From assembly GCA_964016885.1 (NCBI GenBank), contig OZ024742.1, positions 216,380,001-216,444,000 on the forward strand: 64,000 nt of DNA, in the 5' to 3' direction. The notes beneath the pieces were generated by a model. That model saw nothing but the letters and a program-made list of their open reading frames with translations, ran no database searches and was not told the DNA's origin. Position numbers and translations under genes: made by a program. This DNA comes from Eledone cirrhosa (lineage: Eukaryota). This document shows positions 1 through 14,181 of the stretch, piece by piece. Every line of letters begins with the position of its first letter. Positions within the stretch are counted from its first letter, which is position 1.

Positions 1-598
1 ACACGATTTCATAAACCTTGCAAAAAAAAGTTATATTTACATATATATATATATGTGTGTGTGTATACAGAGAGAGAGAGAGAGAGAGAGATGGGGGGAG
101 AGAGCGAGTGATGGAAAGAGAGAGGGGGGGGACAGAGAGAATTAATATATGAAAAAACAAATAAACACGGCAATGCAAAAATACATAGTTATATTATGTG
201 CATGCTTCATTGGGAAAGTTTGGAGAGAACAAGGAGGTGTAGCAGCTGTGGGTGAAGGTTTGCAAAGGGAGTTAGGAAAACGGCGTTGGAGAGGAGAAAG
301 ATGTATAGGGGGAGATAGGCATCAGAGTTCAATATAGATTGTGTATACACACCGGTATGTATGTGTATGTATATCAGTGAGTTTTGCGTATGTTTGTGCA
401 TGTGAGTGTGAGTGGGCGTGGGGACGCTTTACTGTTGTTTCTATGTATGTGAGTGTGTATTATTGTGTCTGTGTGTAATATCAGGTGTATGTAGAATTTG
501 TGTGTGTGAGTGTATTTACACGTGGGTATGTGTAGTTGATTCTTTTATTGTTTCTATGTGTGTATGTGTGTACGTTTGTGTGTGTGTATGTGTGTGTA

Positions 599-632
<34 letters not shown>

Positions 633-1255
633 GTTTCGGAGTTGTATATATATATATATATATATACATGGGCATGCATTTGGTGTTATATGTATGTGTG
701 CAAGTATGGACACATATATATATATATCCCATAAACAACATTTTTCTCACGTTCCAAAGATTTTACGATAGGGAAACGTTTTTGCAAATGCTGTTGAATT
801 TTATGGGTATAAGCACAATTTGTATGTCTCGTTATACACTTCTACTATTATTTTCCATTTTCTTTTAAACGGTGGACGATAATGCAGTATCTGATGCTTC
901 TATCTCCCACGGGGAGCTTTAAAATTCAAACAAATAGAATAATGCTTAGAAAACACTCATAAATATCACTCATAAAAATTCATATCAAATGTATTCTAAG
1001 TGTCAGGAGATATTGAAGATCAGGCAAAAAAAATGTTTGGTCGTTGGCGTCATCAAGTCTAAGATGTACTCTGAACGTTTGGCGCCCGCCACAATTACCG
1101 AGAGATAACTACTACACACTACACACTACACACATGTGAATAATCGGGCTATGCATGAACAAGATTTTCTCATTACAGTCCAGTTAATCTCTTTCCAGAA
1201 GATAATGCGAGGTGTAATACTCTGTGTGTGGGGGGGGGGGGGTACTATAATGTGT

Positions 1256-1315
<60 letters not shown>

Positions 1316-1810
1316 ATCAGTGTATGTGTGGGTGGGTGTGCGTAGCTCTGTGTAAGCTTAAATATCAGCAATCTATAATATATCATTTCCTCCTCAAAAC
1401 CATATGCCTGGCCAATGTGGATGAACGCTCCCTGGCGTGCAGGACCCCAAGCTCTATTCATCCCATGCACCTATTGGACAGAATAGGGAAAGCGGTAAAT
1501 TTGAAAGCTAGTAAGAGAGACGCGTTGAAATAACAATTTCAAATTGTGGGGCACACATCTTCCTTTGATCAACTTCCACAATTTATCGATCGTTTTGGCG
1601 TTTATTGAACCGGCTAGAAATATTAGTCAATTCTTTAATAAATCATACCTTAGCATCTTATGAATCAGGCATATTAGCTAATATAGTCCTGTTCGCATGT
1701 TCGAATAATAGACGGGGTAGCCACGGCTAGAATGCCTTCATTGTTGATCATTTTAATAGAGATTGAGACTTGTGGCAACAGACTACAACAACAGCAACAA
1801 ACCGCCGTTG

Positions 1811-1897
<87 letters not shown>

Positions 1898-2299
1898 TAT
1901 TGTTAAGTATAAATCGCATGAGTTTTGAGACGGTAATCTGAGAGATCACGTATATGTTTGCATAACTCTCAACCATTGAGTCAGATTGGGATTATTATTA
2001 CTTGTGGGAGGGGGTAAATGTGTGTGTATGCGTGCGTGTGTGTGTGTTTGTAGGTGTGCGTTTATATTTTGTGTGAGAGTGGAAGGTTGATGTAGTCATG
2101 ACACTTCTGAACATTGCGTTTGCAATTTTGACGTTGAGAACCAGTTACAAGTAAACTTCATCTTAAGAAGATTTTTTTTAATGTCATAGGTAACATTTTG
2201 AAATATAGTTTGAAATATAGCCATATATGCAGCGTTTTACTGCGACCTAGTGTTTCATTCAATAATATACTATTTTATCAGAAACAATGACTGCACTTA

Positions 2300-2412
2300 A
2301 CTGTTGTTGTCGTTGTTGTTTGTTGTTGTCGTCGTTGTTGTTGTTGCTGTTGTAGCTGTTGTTGTTGTGGTCGTCGCTGTCGTCGTTGTTATTGTTGTTG
2401 CTGTTGTTTTTA

Positions 2413-2456
<44 letters not shown>
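2300..2456. repeat. (GTT)n/(GTC)n trinucleotide microsatellite
   Basis: Direct reading of repeated gttgtt/gtcgtt units. Confidence 0.95.
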
Positions 2457-2457
<1 letters not shown>

Positions 2458-3616
2458 TACCAGCATTTCAGTTTCCATAGAAGTTATCTTCAATCAAACA
2501 ATTCTAGATATCACTACCGAGTTTTTCTTTTTCCTTTTTCAGACAGAATAAATTATCTATTATTACATTATTCAACGTGACTTTCTTTTTTTTAATATAA
2601 TGGACTCTAATTCGTGAGAATTATGATTACTATTTCTAGAATTGTTTATCAAATAAATACAAGCGAAAATTACTGTTACGTCTCTACACAACGCAAAACA
2701 ATGGTATCATGTTATTGTCTTCATGGTAAAAAGGAAGTGTTAGTAGTGTATGCGCCATGCAGAAACTACAATCAAGATATATCTTACAGAAGCCAAGTCG
2801 ATACATATAGTACATGATTCCACAATCAGACACGCATTATTAAAAGTGAATGTCTACTCTACCCTACAGCAATAAACTTTGTTTCCCTTGTTTACATTAC
2901 TATAATAGCTTATCCACATTAAATCAGGATAGTTCCGTGCTACACCCGCTCAGAACACTATCAGATCCACCCATCTCCTTCCACATTTTATGTCCAGAAC
3001 CTGCAATGTCTACAATATGCATTACGACCAAACATTCCTCTCCGGAATATCGGTCCACTGGAAATTGTTACCTTCGCTAATTTTATTTGCGGTTGATAAC
3101 GACTGCGCGAAAGGCGTATTAAGCACATGATTTTCACTATCTCGGAAAGCCCATGACGGACATTGTAATAACTATCTTCTTCTGCTCAATATACAAAATA
3201 CGACACGACAGAAATCATGAAAAAGCTTGTAATTCAAAATCGGTTTCCAATGATGTTTCCATCGTCAGCGAGTTATGTTAAATTACGGAGTAAATACTGA
3301 CTACACGTAAACTCTACATAGCTGATCCAACTATCTATATATTATAGATATTATTATATCTATCAGACCGTTAAACGTTATAGAATCTCACTTCCAATAG
3401 TCAGTTGAGTAGTATCATTCATGTCTTGGGAATTCATTTTGAAATATTAAATACAAAACATATTACTTTCCGAAAAGCACCACGATTAAAAATAAATGAA
3501 ATATTAACAGTAATTTATATAAATACGAATGAATGCCATGTATATATATACGTGTGTGATATTGACAGAATTGAGAATGAGTACTCAATACGAAAGTAGA
3601 ATTAAATATGTATATA

Positions 3617-3649
<33 letters not shown>

Positions 3650-3820
3650 GGTATTAATTTAACAATGAAAATAATAGCATCAAAATCGAGTTGCTTTACC
3701 TATTCATATCATTGTTTTACGATCGTTTCGGAAGGTTGATCATATTGACATTTTGTCTGATCTATAACAGTTATATAACTGTATACTATCAGACTTCCAA
3801 AGGTAGACCACATTGAAAAT
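3650..3820 (-). mobile_element. PLE-derived non-coding fragment with partial hammerhead; same family as 60921-61320 and the 3' end of the 47.6-kb PLE
   Basis: Minus strand reads GAAA-cgatcg-TA-aaacaatg at about 3710-3729. Shares 'ttcaatgtggtctaccttt' (inverted) and 'cgtttcgga(a/g)ggttgatcatatt' with 60921-61320. Flanked by TA repeats. Confidence 0.6.
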
Positions 3821-3882
3821 ATATATATAAATATATATTCTCCGATGTATCTATAAATAACAGTTCCCTATGTTAGATCCTT

Positions 3883-3990
3883 CAGTATTCCGATGATTTG
3901 ATCAGAGACGCACACTGTTACGAGTGACACAATTTCTAGTGATTAGCGGCCTTTAGACTCACCTGATCAATGAAACAATTGTTAATACTG
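3883..3990 (+). ncRNA. Type I hammerhead ribozyme (core variant CCGAUGA)
   Basis: Stem I cagtatt/aatactg; core CCGATGA; stem II ttgatcag...ctgatcaa; GAAA; palindromic stem III A-caattg-T; then T (GUU site). Confidence 0.75.
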
Positions 3991-4040
3991 TCAATAAAAC
4001 CCTTTTTGTACAACCGACCATGTTATTCTTCACTCTTTCG

Positions 4041-4100
<60 letters not shown>

Positions 4101-4103
<3 letters not shown>

Positions 4104-4284
4104 AACGAGTAGGACCCCGACGGCTGAGCTCAAGCCGTTTCATTTAGTCCTGAATTAGCCGTCGAAACGGCTTGAGCTCAGCCGTCGAGGTCCTACTCGT
4201 TCCTATTACCAACTCTACTACCCTAAGTATTGAGTACTTTGGTGCGTTATGGTCCACCTGGTTCCTTACCACATTTCCTTCGTT
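4101..4284 (+). mobile_element. PLE-type pLTR fragment with 5' inversion and the 3' half of a hammerhead, inserted in (TA)n
   Basis: 4101-4141 is an inverted copy of about 4163-4205. Reads GAAA-cggct(tgagctc)agccg-TC (stem III plus GUC). A second copy lies at 23953-24168 in the opposite orientation. Confidence 0.65.
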
Positions 4285-4739
4285 ATATATATATTCTAAG
4301 TATATACAATGTAACAATATAAGGCACGTACTAATAAATCCTAGTAAGCTGTGGCGTAGTCATTATATACCTTATAGTCAATTAATGTATTCTTTATAGC
4401 CATATAACCTAGCAAGAGAAGCAAAATATTTTTAACTACTCAGACAACAATCTGCTAAAATCTTGAGACTGATCAGGTTATACTGGGTATTTTTTCTTCT
4501 TTTAGAGGAATTTATGGGTTTTTTTCTCTTTATGGATTTGTTTCTCAGGATAATAACAAGTGTATCAATCATGTTTTGAACTATTGCATTGGGAAATATA
4601 GAATATTTATTTATTTACTAGAGATTTACTACTTTTATTTGACTATAAGATAATATTGGTGTTAGTATTTAAATCTTCTCAGCCTATAAAGTGCTTGTTT
4701 TCAAAAACTATATTTATGGTAATGATCTTTTAACCTATT

Positions 4740-5182
<443 letters not shown>

Positions 5183-6390
5183 TCTAGTAGTCTTTTACCT
5201 GTTCCAGCCGGCTTGCTGAGACTATGCTGGGGCACTGCCCTTGTTGCTACACGTTCTATCTCCAGCCTGTGTTGGCTGGCCATTGGTGTAAGAGGGAGTT
5301 TGTTACTGCTGTCCTTAGGTTACTTTCGTACAATGCTGTTGAATCATCCTGGTGCACAGTGTCAAGATGTATGTATGTATTATTTTAATGGAGTAGTTGT
5401 GGAATTATGTATAAGGCTGGCACATAGCTATTAATGGTGGAAGAATGAATCACAAAAGTAACATATACATTCAGTCTGTAGAGATGTCCATATTATACTC
5501 TCTTTTTCTGTAACTTATCACTTTTGCCATTTGTAAGAAACTGACTTCGTCCTTACACTCACGACGAAGCAATTTGTTCAAATCAAAAGGGCAGATTTGA
5601 TTCGACCGCTCTTCATTACATTGAAACCGGTAACTTTCAAATGTGAAATGAAACCAAAATATTTACAAAAACACGACACCAAATCACCTCTAGGAAATTG
5701 CTGCAGATTGCTATAGATGGTGAGTAAATTTCCCTGAAACCACACTCTACTAACAGATCAAGGAGATATGAGGCTTTTACATCTGAGAAAAGACGTAGTG
5801 GTCCTCGGGACATGAATTTTCAAAGAATATATTTTTATCCAAATAAAGTGTTTATCGAATGACTTCGTAATGAAACCATTTTACAAAATATAACTCTGTA
5901 CAAAATGATAATTAGGGAACTAATTATTCTGAAAGTATTAGTTTCACAAAGACATTTTAACAATTTGTTTTAACAAAAGAGTGGATGTGATTATATGGTT
6001 GCTGATTATATCTTTACGAAATACTTACACGGTTGCTCGGTTAACTGTGACGTGACCCGTGTTTAGAATGACTACAGTGATATTTACGTATGATTATTAT
6101 AAAATAAAGTACTAGTAATACACTGGGTAATTGTTGGCCTTGTGCCTAATGTAGAAACAATTATTATACATAAAAATATTGTCAATGTTTCCATATATAC
6201 ACCTTTATTCAGAATCACACGTTGTTAGTGCTACTGTTAATTAATACTATATCACAAATCCCACACTATATGTGAATGATCATCTGCAAAATATCTATAT
6301 AACGGATTAGTATATGTACCTCAGTAGCGATGTGTATACTTTACAGCTGATGGTAACAGACCCTGAACCACTATTATAACATTGGGTCTG

Positions 6391-6488
<98 letters not shown>

Positions 6489-6904
6489 TGTATATCCTTC
6501 AATATAGGTATATATTAAATATTATTACGTACATTTGGAATCTGAACAATTTATTTACTGACCCTATGTACATTGAAAAGTAGAAATATTCAATTCTTTC
6601 AGAAATCTTATGATTATTAAAAATTATAAAAAGTCGCTTTGACAAAAATTATTAAGTTAAAAAGTCATTTCGATAGAATATTAATTCTATGAAATATATT
6701 GCCACCAGTGGTCGCGGCTGGAACGTCTTTAACCATAGGTTCACTGGATCGTGGATAGTGTGTGGCTAAACAATAATAGGAACAAGAGCAATGGCAACAA
6801 CAACAAACACAAATCTAAACTATAATAAAGTAAGGAGCGCGGGACTGCTTTCGATTTATAAGTTGTTATCCCATTAGTAAAATAAGTTGGATTACTTTGA
6901 ATAA

Positions 6905-7096
6905 ATAATTGTTTCTACTATGGTGCACAAGGCCAGCAATTATCCAGTACATTACTGGTACTTTATTTTATCGACCCCGTAAAGATGAAAGGCAAAGTTA
7001 ACCTCGGCGGGATTTGAACTCAGAATTGCAAGGGCTGTAACTCTATGCGTCAAAGCAAGGCGTCCGGCCCTCTACCGATACTGCCAATTCACCGCC
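6905..7096 (-). mobile_element. tRNA-derived SINE (Meta-domain-like core)
   Basis: Minus strand has A-box-like tggcagtatcggtag, B-box gagttcaaatccc and core gcctttcatc...gtcgataaaataaagtacc. More than 12 copies in the window. Confidence 0.85.
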
Positions 7097-7170
7097 CTTT
7101 ACTTGAATTACTTTGAATAAATAATGAATGAATATTACATAATTTATGTACTAAATTTCGTGGCTGTTCA

Positions 7171-7896
7171 TCTATATAAGCTAAAACAGAGAATGTCTAT
7201 CTGCATGTATCTATGTATGTCTGTCCGCTCACTAAATCTCGAGAACCACCCAACCGATTGTTTTCAAACTTTACACATGTAATACTTATGGTCCTGTGAG
7301 TGTTTTGAGGAAAAAGATATTTCAAACTTTCAATGCCCTAGGGACCGTATTAGGCGATTTAGCGATCTCTCTCTCTGTCATTCTTTCTCTTTTTAGAGTT
7401 GCGCCCCTATAATATATGTCTGTATATATGTCTGTCTGCATTACGAGATTATGACGTGGTGTGGGTGTGTGTGTGGGTGTGTATATATATATGTATATAT
7501 AGTGTGTATATATATAGTGTGTAACGTTTTTCGAAATATTTACTTCTGCGTTCACAGATTGATTTTTTTAGTTTCAGAAGATTCGTTAAGGGTGAAAGCA
7601 GCGATTCTTTGCTTAAACTTTAATCAGTTATTTTAATATATATATATATATAATTATATATCTTTGCATACACAATAACAAAATTTAACCAAAAGTATTT
7701 ATTTCGCGATAAAGTATTGATTTTCTTCGCACTGGAAAAAAACACTAGTAATCTATGACGAATTTTTTTTATAAGCACAAAATGTAGACACCATCCCGAA
7801 GCCAATTTATTTCACGAGGCTCGATAAGGATAAATATATATCAAATAAATAAGAACCCTAGAGCAAATCCTGAGCAACGCCGGGCCATTCTGCTAG
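7171..7896 (+). mobile_element. Non-autonomous Helitron
   Basis: A|TC 5' end (tctatataag), subterminal tgtc/tatg repeats, 3' hairpin cctgagcaacgccggg, CTAG|T end. Confidence 0.75.
7570..7619 (+). ncRNA. Type I hammerhead ribozyme variant (CAGAAGA core), nested in the Helitron next to (TA)n
   Basis: agttt-CAGAAGA-ttcgttaagggt-GAAA-gca...tgc-TT-aaact. Near-identical to 19048-19098. Confidence 0.6.
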
Positions 7897-8142
7897 TTAA
7901 ATATATTTTATTATTTATTTAAAGATTCGCTTCTTTAAAATTTTCAAATGTCAACACTTCCGGTTAGCGATCGCTTAAATAAATATTCATATATTTCTGT
8001 CACTAATCTTCTCCTAAAGCAGTTTATATATAATATCGTCTTTGTTTAATGTATTAATGTATTACTGATTACATAAGAGAGAAAAACACAGTCTTCGTTC
8101 AATTTCTGTGTATATTGTCAATTACGATTTTATTTGATCATA

Positions 8143-8187
8143 TCTAGCTAATAGAAAACCACCTGAAGGGTGGTTTTTTTCTGCTAG
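8143..8187 (+). mobile_element. Helitron-type 3' end (hairpin plus CTAG|T)
   Basis: aaaaccacc-tgaag-ggtggtttt then ctgCTAG|t. Matches the terminus at 11314-11350. Confidence 0.5.
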
Positions 8188-8761
8188 TATTCACAATGTT
8201 TAAAGACACTATAATGAACCCCACACATAAGTGCAAGAGTCCAAACTTTATAATAAAAGCAGGTGTTTTACGTGCCATATATGACTAACATAACACCAGG
8301 AGTGGCGTTATGTTTACATGTTCATATTAAGTGCAACTTAATGTGCACATATAAACATGATTACTTAAACCTATAATTATGTCAGTGTATTTGCTTCTAA
8401 AAATTATCATTTCCTACGTTGGCCCTATACCAGAGGTCACGCCGACTTTGAAACAGATATCGCATATGTTGTTATCATCACCAGAGCTAATTAACACCAA
8501 ACTCATCACAGTTGAATTTTACTCGCCTAATTTAAAGGATACCGAAATAAATTACGTGAGATAATTTATCCCCGGAGATTGTGTTTTTCAGATATTCGCG
8601 TCATATAGGAATAACTTTCCACATAATTAATTAAAATATACAGATCAACTACACGCAAAGATTAAATATTGTCTCGTTTTAAGAGTTTTCCCTCTCAGGC
8701 ATTAAGTATTGTTAGTATTTGTTACATACTCTTACACACACACACGCCCCCCCCCCCCCAT

Positions 8762-8804
<43 letters not shown>

Positions 8805-9028
8805 TGTAGGAAACACAAATTTAAATAATTTTGAAGACATACAATGCACTAGAAAGAAAATTAAAATTGGTAAAATAACAAAAGTATCTTACCTTAACAA
8901 ATTTAATAATCCCAAATATGTTCAGGTTTAAAAACTCGTTATTAAATTTGCTAAGGTAAGATTCTTTTGTTATCTTAGCAATCTTAATATTCTTTCTCGT
9001 GCATTTTATGGTTTTTAAAATTATCTAA

Positions 9029-9063
<35 letters not shown>

Positions 9064-10652
9064 GGTGTGTGTGGGTGTGTTAATGTATGTGTGCATGTAT
9101 AGCATACTCATTCTCACGTTTGTCAATAACACATGTTTATATATATAGATATAGATATTTATGAGCGAGTGTGTGTATGTGTGACTGTGTGAGTGTGCGT
9201 GTGTATAGGTGTGTGTGTTTGTAGGTTTGGGGGTGTCTTAGCTTTTTGTGTATTCCTAGCTTGAAAGATAATTAAGACATTTGCTTTTGCTTTTTTTCTT
9301 GTATTTATTTCATAATCATTTACGATGGATGGGGGTGGGGTTTCTTTTAAAATAACCAACAAAACAGCCAAATCAACAAGCAAATTAGATAAATAAATGA
9401 ATAAATAAATAAATAAATGATGTTGATGAGGAAAAAGAACATAAATCTTGCAAGCAAGAACATTATCTTAAAAACAACATCACCAATTAAAACTTATTCA
9501 ATACCGTTCATTGAATTCAGATTTTCACTTTTTACATCGGTTTATTTATTTGCAGCAATTTGGATGGTGTCGAGGATAGGGAGTCTATTTTATTTTACTA
9601 ATTACGCGCTTCCTAGATTTCATCACCACTAAAACAAAAAAATATAACGAGAGATTATATCTGTAATAATTACTTTCTTACGCACCAAGCCAATGTTTTT
9701 ATCATTGAAGTTTTTTGTTGCTATGGTTGTTGTTTAACCTCAGGTCAGTCTTGCTCAAGTAAACCTATAATATAATGTGGTTCAAGCTCTGACAATATGG
9801 TTTCCCTTCAGGCACAGAAATACACTATTCTTACTTTTTTCTATAAAAAAAAAAAAACACAAGCAGCATATGATTTTAAGAAAACATCAGTTGTAATATT
9901 TTGAGCGATTCCTTGAACCGTTTGTTCGTCTTTTTAGCGAGCTGTCTCGCCTATTTATGTTGTCATATTTCTGAAAACAAACAATACTGACTTAAGAGAA
10001 ATATAAATAAATAAATAAATAAATAAATGTATACACAAGCACAATAACAACAAACACATATAAACACACACTAGTAAACTAAGATATAATACAATAACCA
10101 AAACACAGTCACCCAAACGCGAACACACACCAAACACTATACACACACCCAAACGCATGCGCAGAGAAGAAGATAAAAATAAATAAATATACAGATTAAA
10201 TAAAAATGGCGTAGATACAACAGGAGGAATATAATAGTACCACTGGTGATGTTGCAGATGTGCAACGAAAGAACTTTGTTAGACTATATATATATGCGTG
10301 TATATCTATATTATATCTGTATTTTTGTCCGTTGGTCAGTCAATGGTAAACATTGAGGACCGAATGAATTAACTGATATAAAAGATACAGAAGTGAAAAC
10401 CAACTAAACAGTGTGTTCTGTTATTAATTCTTGCAGTAGGTTAACCCGCCGAGGTTCCTTACGGAGGGAATAAAATAAAGTACCAGTTTTCTGCCAAAAC
10501 GTAGAAACAATTATTTCTGGCAACATTATTACAAAAATATGACCCTCCCAAAGTATAACAATACTTGTTTTGATACACGATTTCTATCGAAAACCTCGCA
10601 AAATAAATATATGATGATTTCTCAAGAATGAAACAGTTCTAGTCCTGTAGAA

Positions 10653-10707
<55 letters not shown>

Positions 10708-11313
10708 TATATATATAAATAAATATTTTCATCTCTTCTATCCTATGGTCGTCTGCTTGAAATCTAGTCTGTTGGGGTTTGTTTCTATTGTCATCTCTGA
10801 AATCATGCGTACTTGCCAATGGCAGTTGAGCCGAAGCCTTTTGTATTTGTGATGGTTATGTCAAGGGATTTTTGTTTTCATGTTTTATGATATGCATCTC
10901 AAATTATTTCAGAACGTTTTATTCGAGGCTCATGTCGGTTTCAAGATTATAATTTCCATCAGTCCACGTAAAATGCTTTAATAACGGGACAACTTATTGA
11001 AATACTAATGAATTTAGTCATTTTCAAGCTACAAATGAACTAGATAAATTCTCTTTTAAATCTTTTTTTAGAAAAACAGATATTTTTATCTAGCAGTTTA
11101 TTAACGCTTTTCTTTAGTATGTCGGTGTGTGTGTGTGTGCGCGCGCGCGCGCTTGTGTGTGCGTGTATGAGTGTGTGTGTATGACTCCGTCACTTCAATT
11201 CCTTCCATTATTTCAGTTGTAAGGTACTTACAGCTTAGTGGAAAATATTTTGTGTTACTGGAACTAGTTACTCCTGGCGTCATCCACATTTTGTTGCTGT
11301 TTATATAATTCGA

Positions 11314-11827
11314 CTAGCAGAAAACCACCCGGTGGGCGGTTTTCTGCTAGCAAATCTAGTGTATATACTGATATTGTTGAGATTTGAATGAGAAATGTTT
11401 TCGGCACCACATGTTCACCGTCTCTCTGTGTCTCTTTTATGCATGTATAAATATATATGTTATCTATACGGTGAAGTCTTTGAAATAAATATATGTTAAA
11501 ACGAAAAAGGAGAAAAAGAGATTAGTGACGGAAATATAAACGTTATGATACATAAACGTTATGATATAACGATGGAAATATATAAACGCTTACGATAAAA
11601 CGATGGAAATAGAAACGTTTATATATAATGATAAGTCGAAACACTCGTAAGTCGAAACACTCGTAAGTCGAAACACTCGTAAAGCGAAACGTATAAATAA
11701 AGATTAATGTAATGAATTTGAAAAGCATAGAGATTTGAAAGCGCGTCTATTTGTTTCCTTGGTATTTTTTACAGACGGACAGACAGACAAACAAACAGAG
11801 AAATGCCCATTATGTATTATAAGTAGA
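11314..11827 (-). mobile_element. Non-autonomous Helitron
   Basis: Minus strand starts TCtacttataatac with (tgtc/tgtt)n and ends in hairpin aaaaccgcc...ggtggtttt plus CTAG|T. Internal 16-bp tandem aaacactcgtaagtcg. Confidence 0.65.
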
Positions 11828-12084
11828 CTTGGCATGGTGTCAAGTCAGAACCGCCTCGAACTGGTTACTTCTGGCTTGTGCAAGGTGTCTCTATAGCAAC
11901 CAGCGATTCCCTCGGCCTCAGTGACCAACGTCAGTGGAGAGGGGAAGGTAATGTGTCTATAGCGACAGTGTTTGTCTTGGTAGTACCAAAGTGGAGAAAG
12001 GAAGAGGAAGGTAATATTTCTGTAGCACCTACATTTGAGTTTTAGGGAAGGACAGACAGACAGACAAACAGAGAAATGCCCATA

Positions 12085-12269
12085 TATTTCTGTGTGTGTA
12101 TATATATATATATATTACGCACACAGAAATGTATATATATTTCTGTGTGTATATATATATATCTCAGTATGTGTATATGTATATATATATATATTACACA
12201 CACAGAAATGTATATATATTTCTGTGTGTATATATATATATTACACACACAGAAATGTATATATATTTC

Positions 12270-12342
<73 letters not shown>

Positions 12343-12445
12343 CGCACACAGAAATGTATATATATTTCTGTGTGTATATATATATATATTTCTGTATGTG
12401 TATATATATATATATTACACACACAGAAATGTATATATATTTCTT
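12085..12445. repeat. Minisatellite of hairpin-forming units (cacacagaaat...atttctgtgtg) mixed with (TA)n
   Basis: About 5 copies of tattac(g/a)cacacagaaatgtatatatatttctgtgtg. Confidence 0.85.
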
Positions 12446-12563
12446 AGAACAAAATTATTATTAATGTTTTGCTGTTCATAACAATTGGAATTGAAAAATT
12501 ACTTTTGAAATTATTAGTTATTTTACTAATGCTTAGATATGTAAAAATGAAGCAATGTTTCTA

Positions 12564-12754
12564 ATAATTGTTTCTACTTTTGGCACAAGGCCAGCAGTTA
12601 TCCAGTACATTACTGGTACTTTATTTTATAGACACCGTGAGGATGAAAGGCAAAGTTAACCTCGGCGGTATTTGAACTCAGACCGTAAAGGGACGTAACT
12701 CGATGCTATGAAACATGGTGTCCGACTCTCTACAGATTCTCCCAATCCACCGCC
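12564..12754 (-). mobile_element. tRNA-derived SINE
   Basis: Near-identical to 6905-7096. Confidence 0.85.
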
Positions 12755-13231
12755 CTAATGTCTGTACGTAATGAGGGAGTGAGAGGGGAGAGAAAGAAAG
12801 GCAGAGGTGAAGTGACGAAGTGACTCTCTCCTTCTCCTCCTCCTCCTCCTCCATCTCCCCATTCGTCACAGCGATAGAGGGGGAGGAATGTTTGTGTGTT
12901 ACAAAGAGAAAGAGTGAGAGTGAGAGAAACAGACAGACTAAAAGAGAGGGATAGCTGGAGAGAGAGAGAGAGAGAGAGAGAGAGATATATAGCAACCACG
13001 CGCACACGTGTTTCCACTGTCGGACAGAGAAATTGTTGGTTATATATTATAAGGAGATTGATTTGATTTATAATGCAGCTAATGTTTTCTGTACAATGTA
13101 TGTAATTGCTAAATTCAAGCAGAGATTTGTAGCAAGTGGCTGATAGAATCGTTTGTAGAATTGCTTATGGCTCAATATTTTCTCAATACAAGTATCATCC
13201 ATTTGTAGTGGATAAAATGTATTACAAGTCT

Positions 13232-13523
13232 ATAATTGTTTCTACTTTTGGCACAAGGCCAGCAAATTTTGGGTTCGGGGAAAGTCGATTAAATCGACCC
13301 CAATGCGGGACTGGTACTTTATTTTATCGACCAGGTAATAATTGTTTCTACTTTAGGCACAAGGCCAGCAATTATCCAGTGCATTACTGGTACTTTATTT
13401 TATCGACCTTGGATGAAAGGCAAAGTCAACCTCGGCGGGATTTGAACTCAGATCGTAAAGGGACGTAACTATGCTGGAAAGCATGGCGCCCGACCCTCTA
13501 CCGATACTGCCAATCCACCGACC
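13232..13523 (-). mobile_element. tRNA-derived SINE plus the 3' part of a second copy
   Basis: Same family motifs; two 3' tails (ataattgtttctac). Confidence 0.8.
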
Positions 13524-13981
13524 TTGTAATAATGAAAGGCAAAGTTAACCTCGGTGTGTATCCGTTCTAACAGTGTTCTGCGCTCAAATGTAGCCTAGGA
13601 ATCCAATGGCGAGGACTAAAACCCAAACAAATGACAGAGAATTGTGCAAGATATAATGGATTGAGGAAAATATTGGCCGTCTGCTACATCAGTCGTACGA
13701 TGAGGATGATGACAATGATGATTATATGACAATACATTGTGGTTTATAAATGAGTTAGATATCTTCTGAAGAGACCCAAATAAGGATCAAAAATCGATTA
13801 AGAACGCTGATCATTTATTTTCAATCTACAAGAAAATACGGGAAATTCATGTTTATACAATATGTATATTTATATATACTTTATATATACATGTTTATAC
13901 GATATGTATATTTATATATGTACTTTCACGCTGACGAGTAATTGTATACTCTATATGTACACAAGTGCACACATACACACA

Positions 13982-14028
<47 letters not shown>

Positions 14029-14131
14029 ACACATACACACACACACATATATATATATAGTGGGGTGCACTTGTGTGTTTGTGTATTGGCATATGGTATT
14101 ACATGCACGCACACACATTCACATACATACA

Positions 14132-14181
<50 letters not shown>

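Noticed and set aside
10915-10970. Minus-strand CTGATGG…GAAA motif
   Set aside because: Stems I and III cannot be formed.
13760-13805. tctt-CTGAAGA…aaaaa-tcga-TT-aaga hammerhead-like motif
   Set aside because: GAAA is missing and stems I and II are short or imperfect; possibly a decayed HHR but not supportable.
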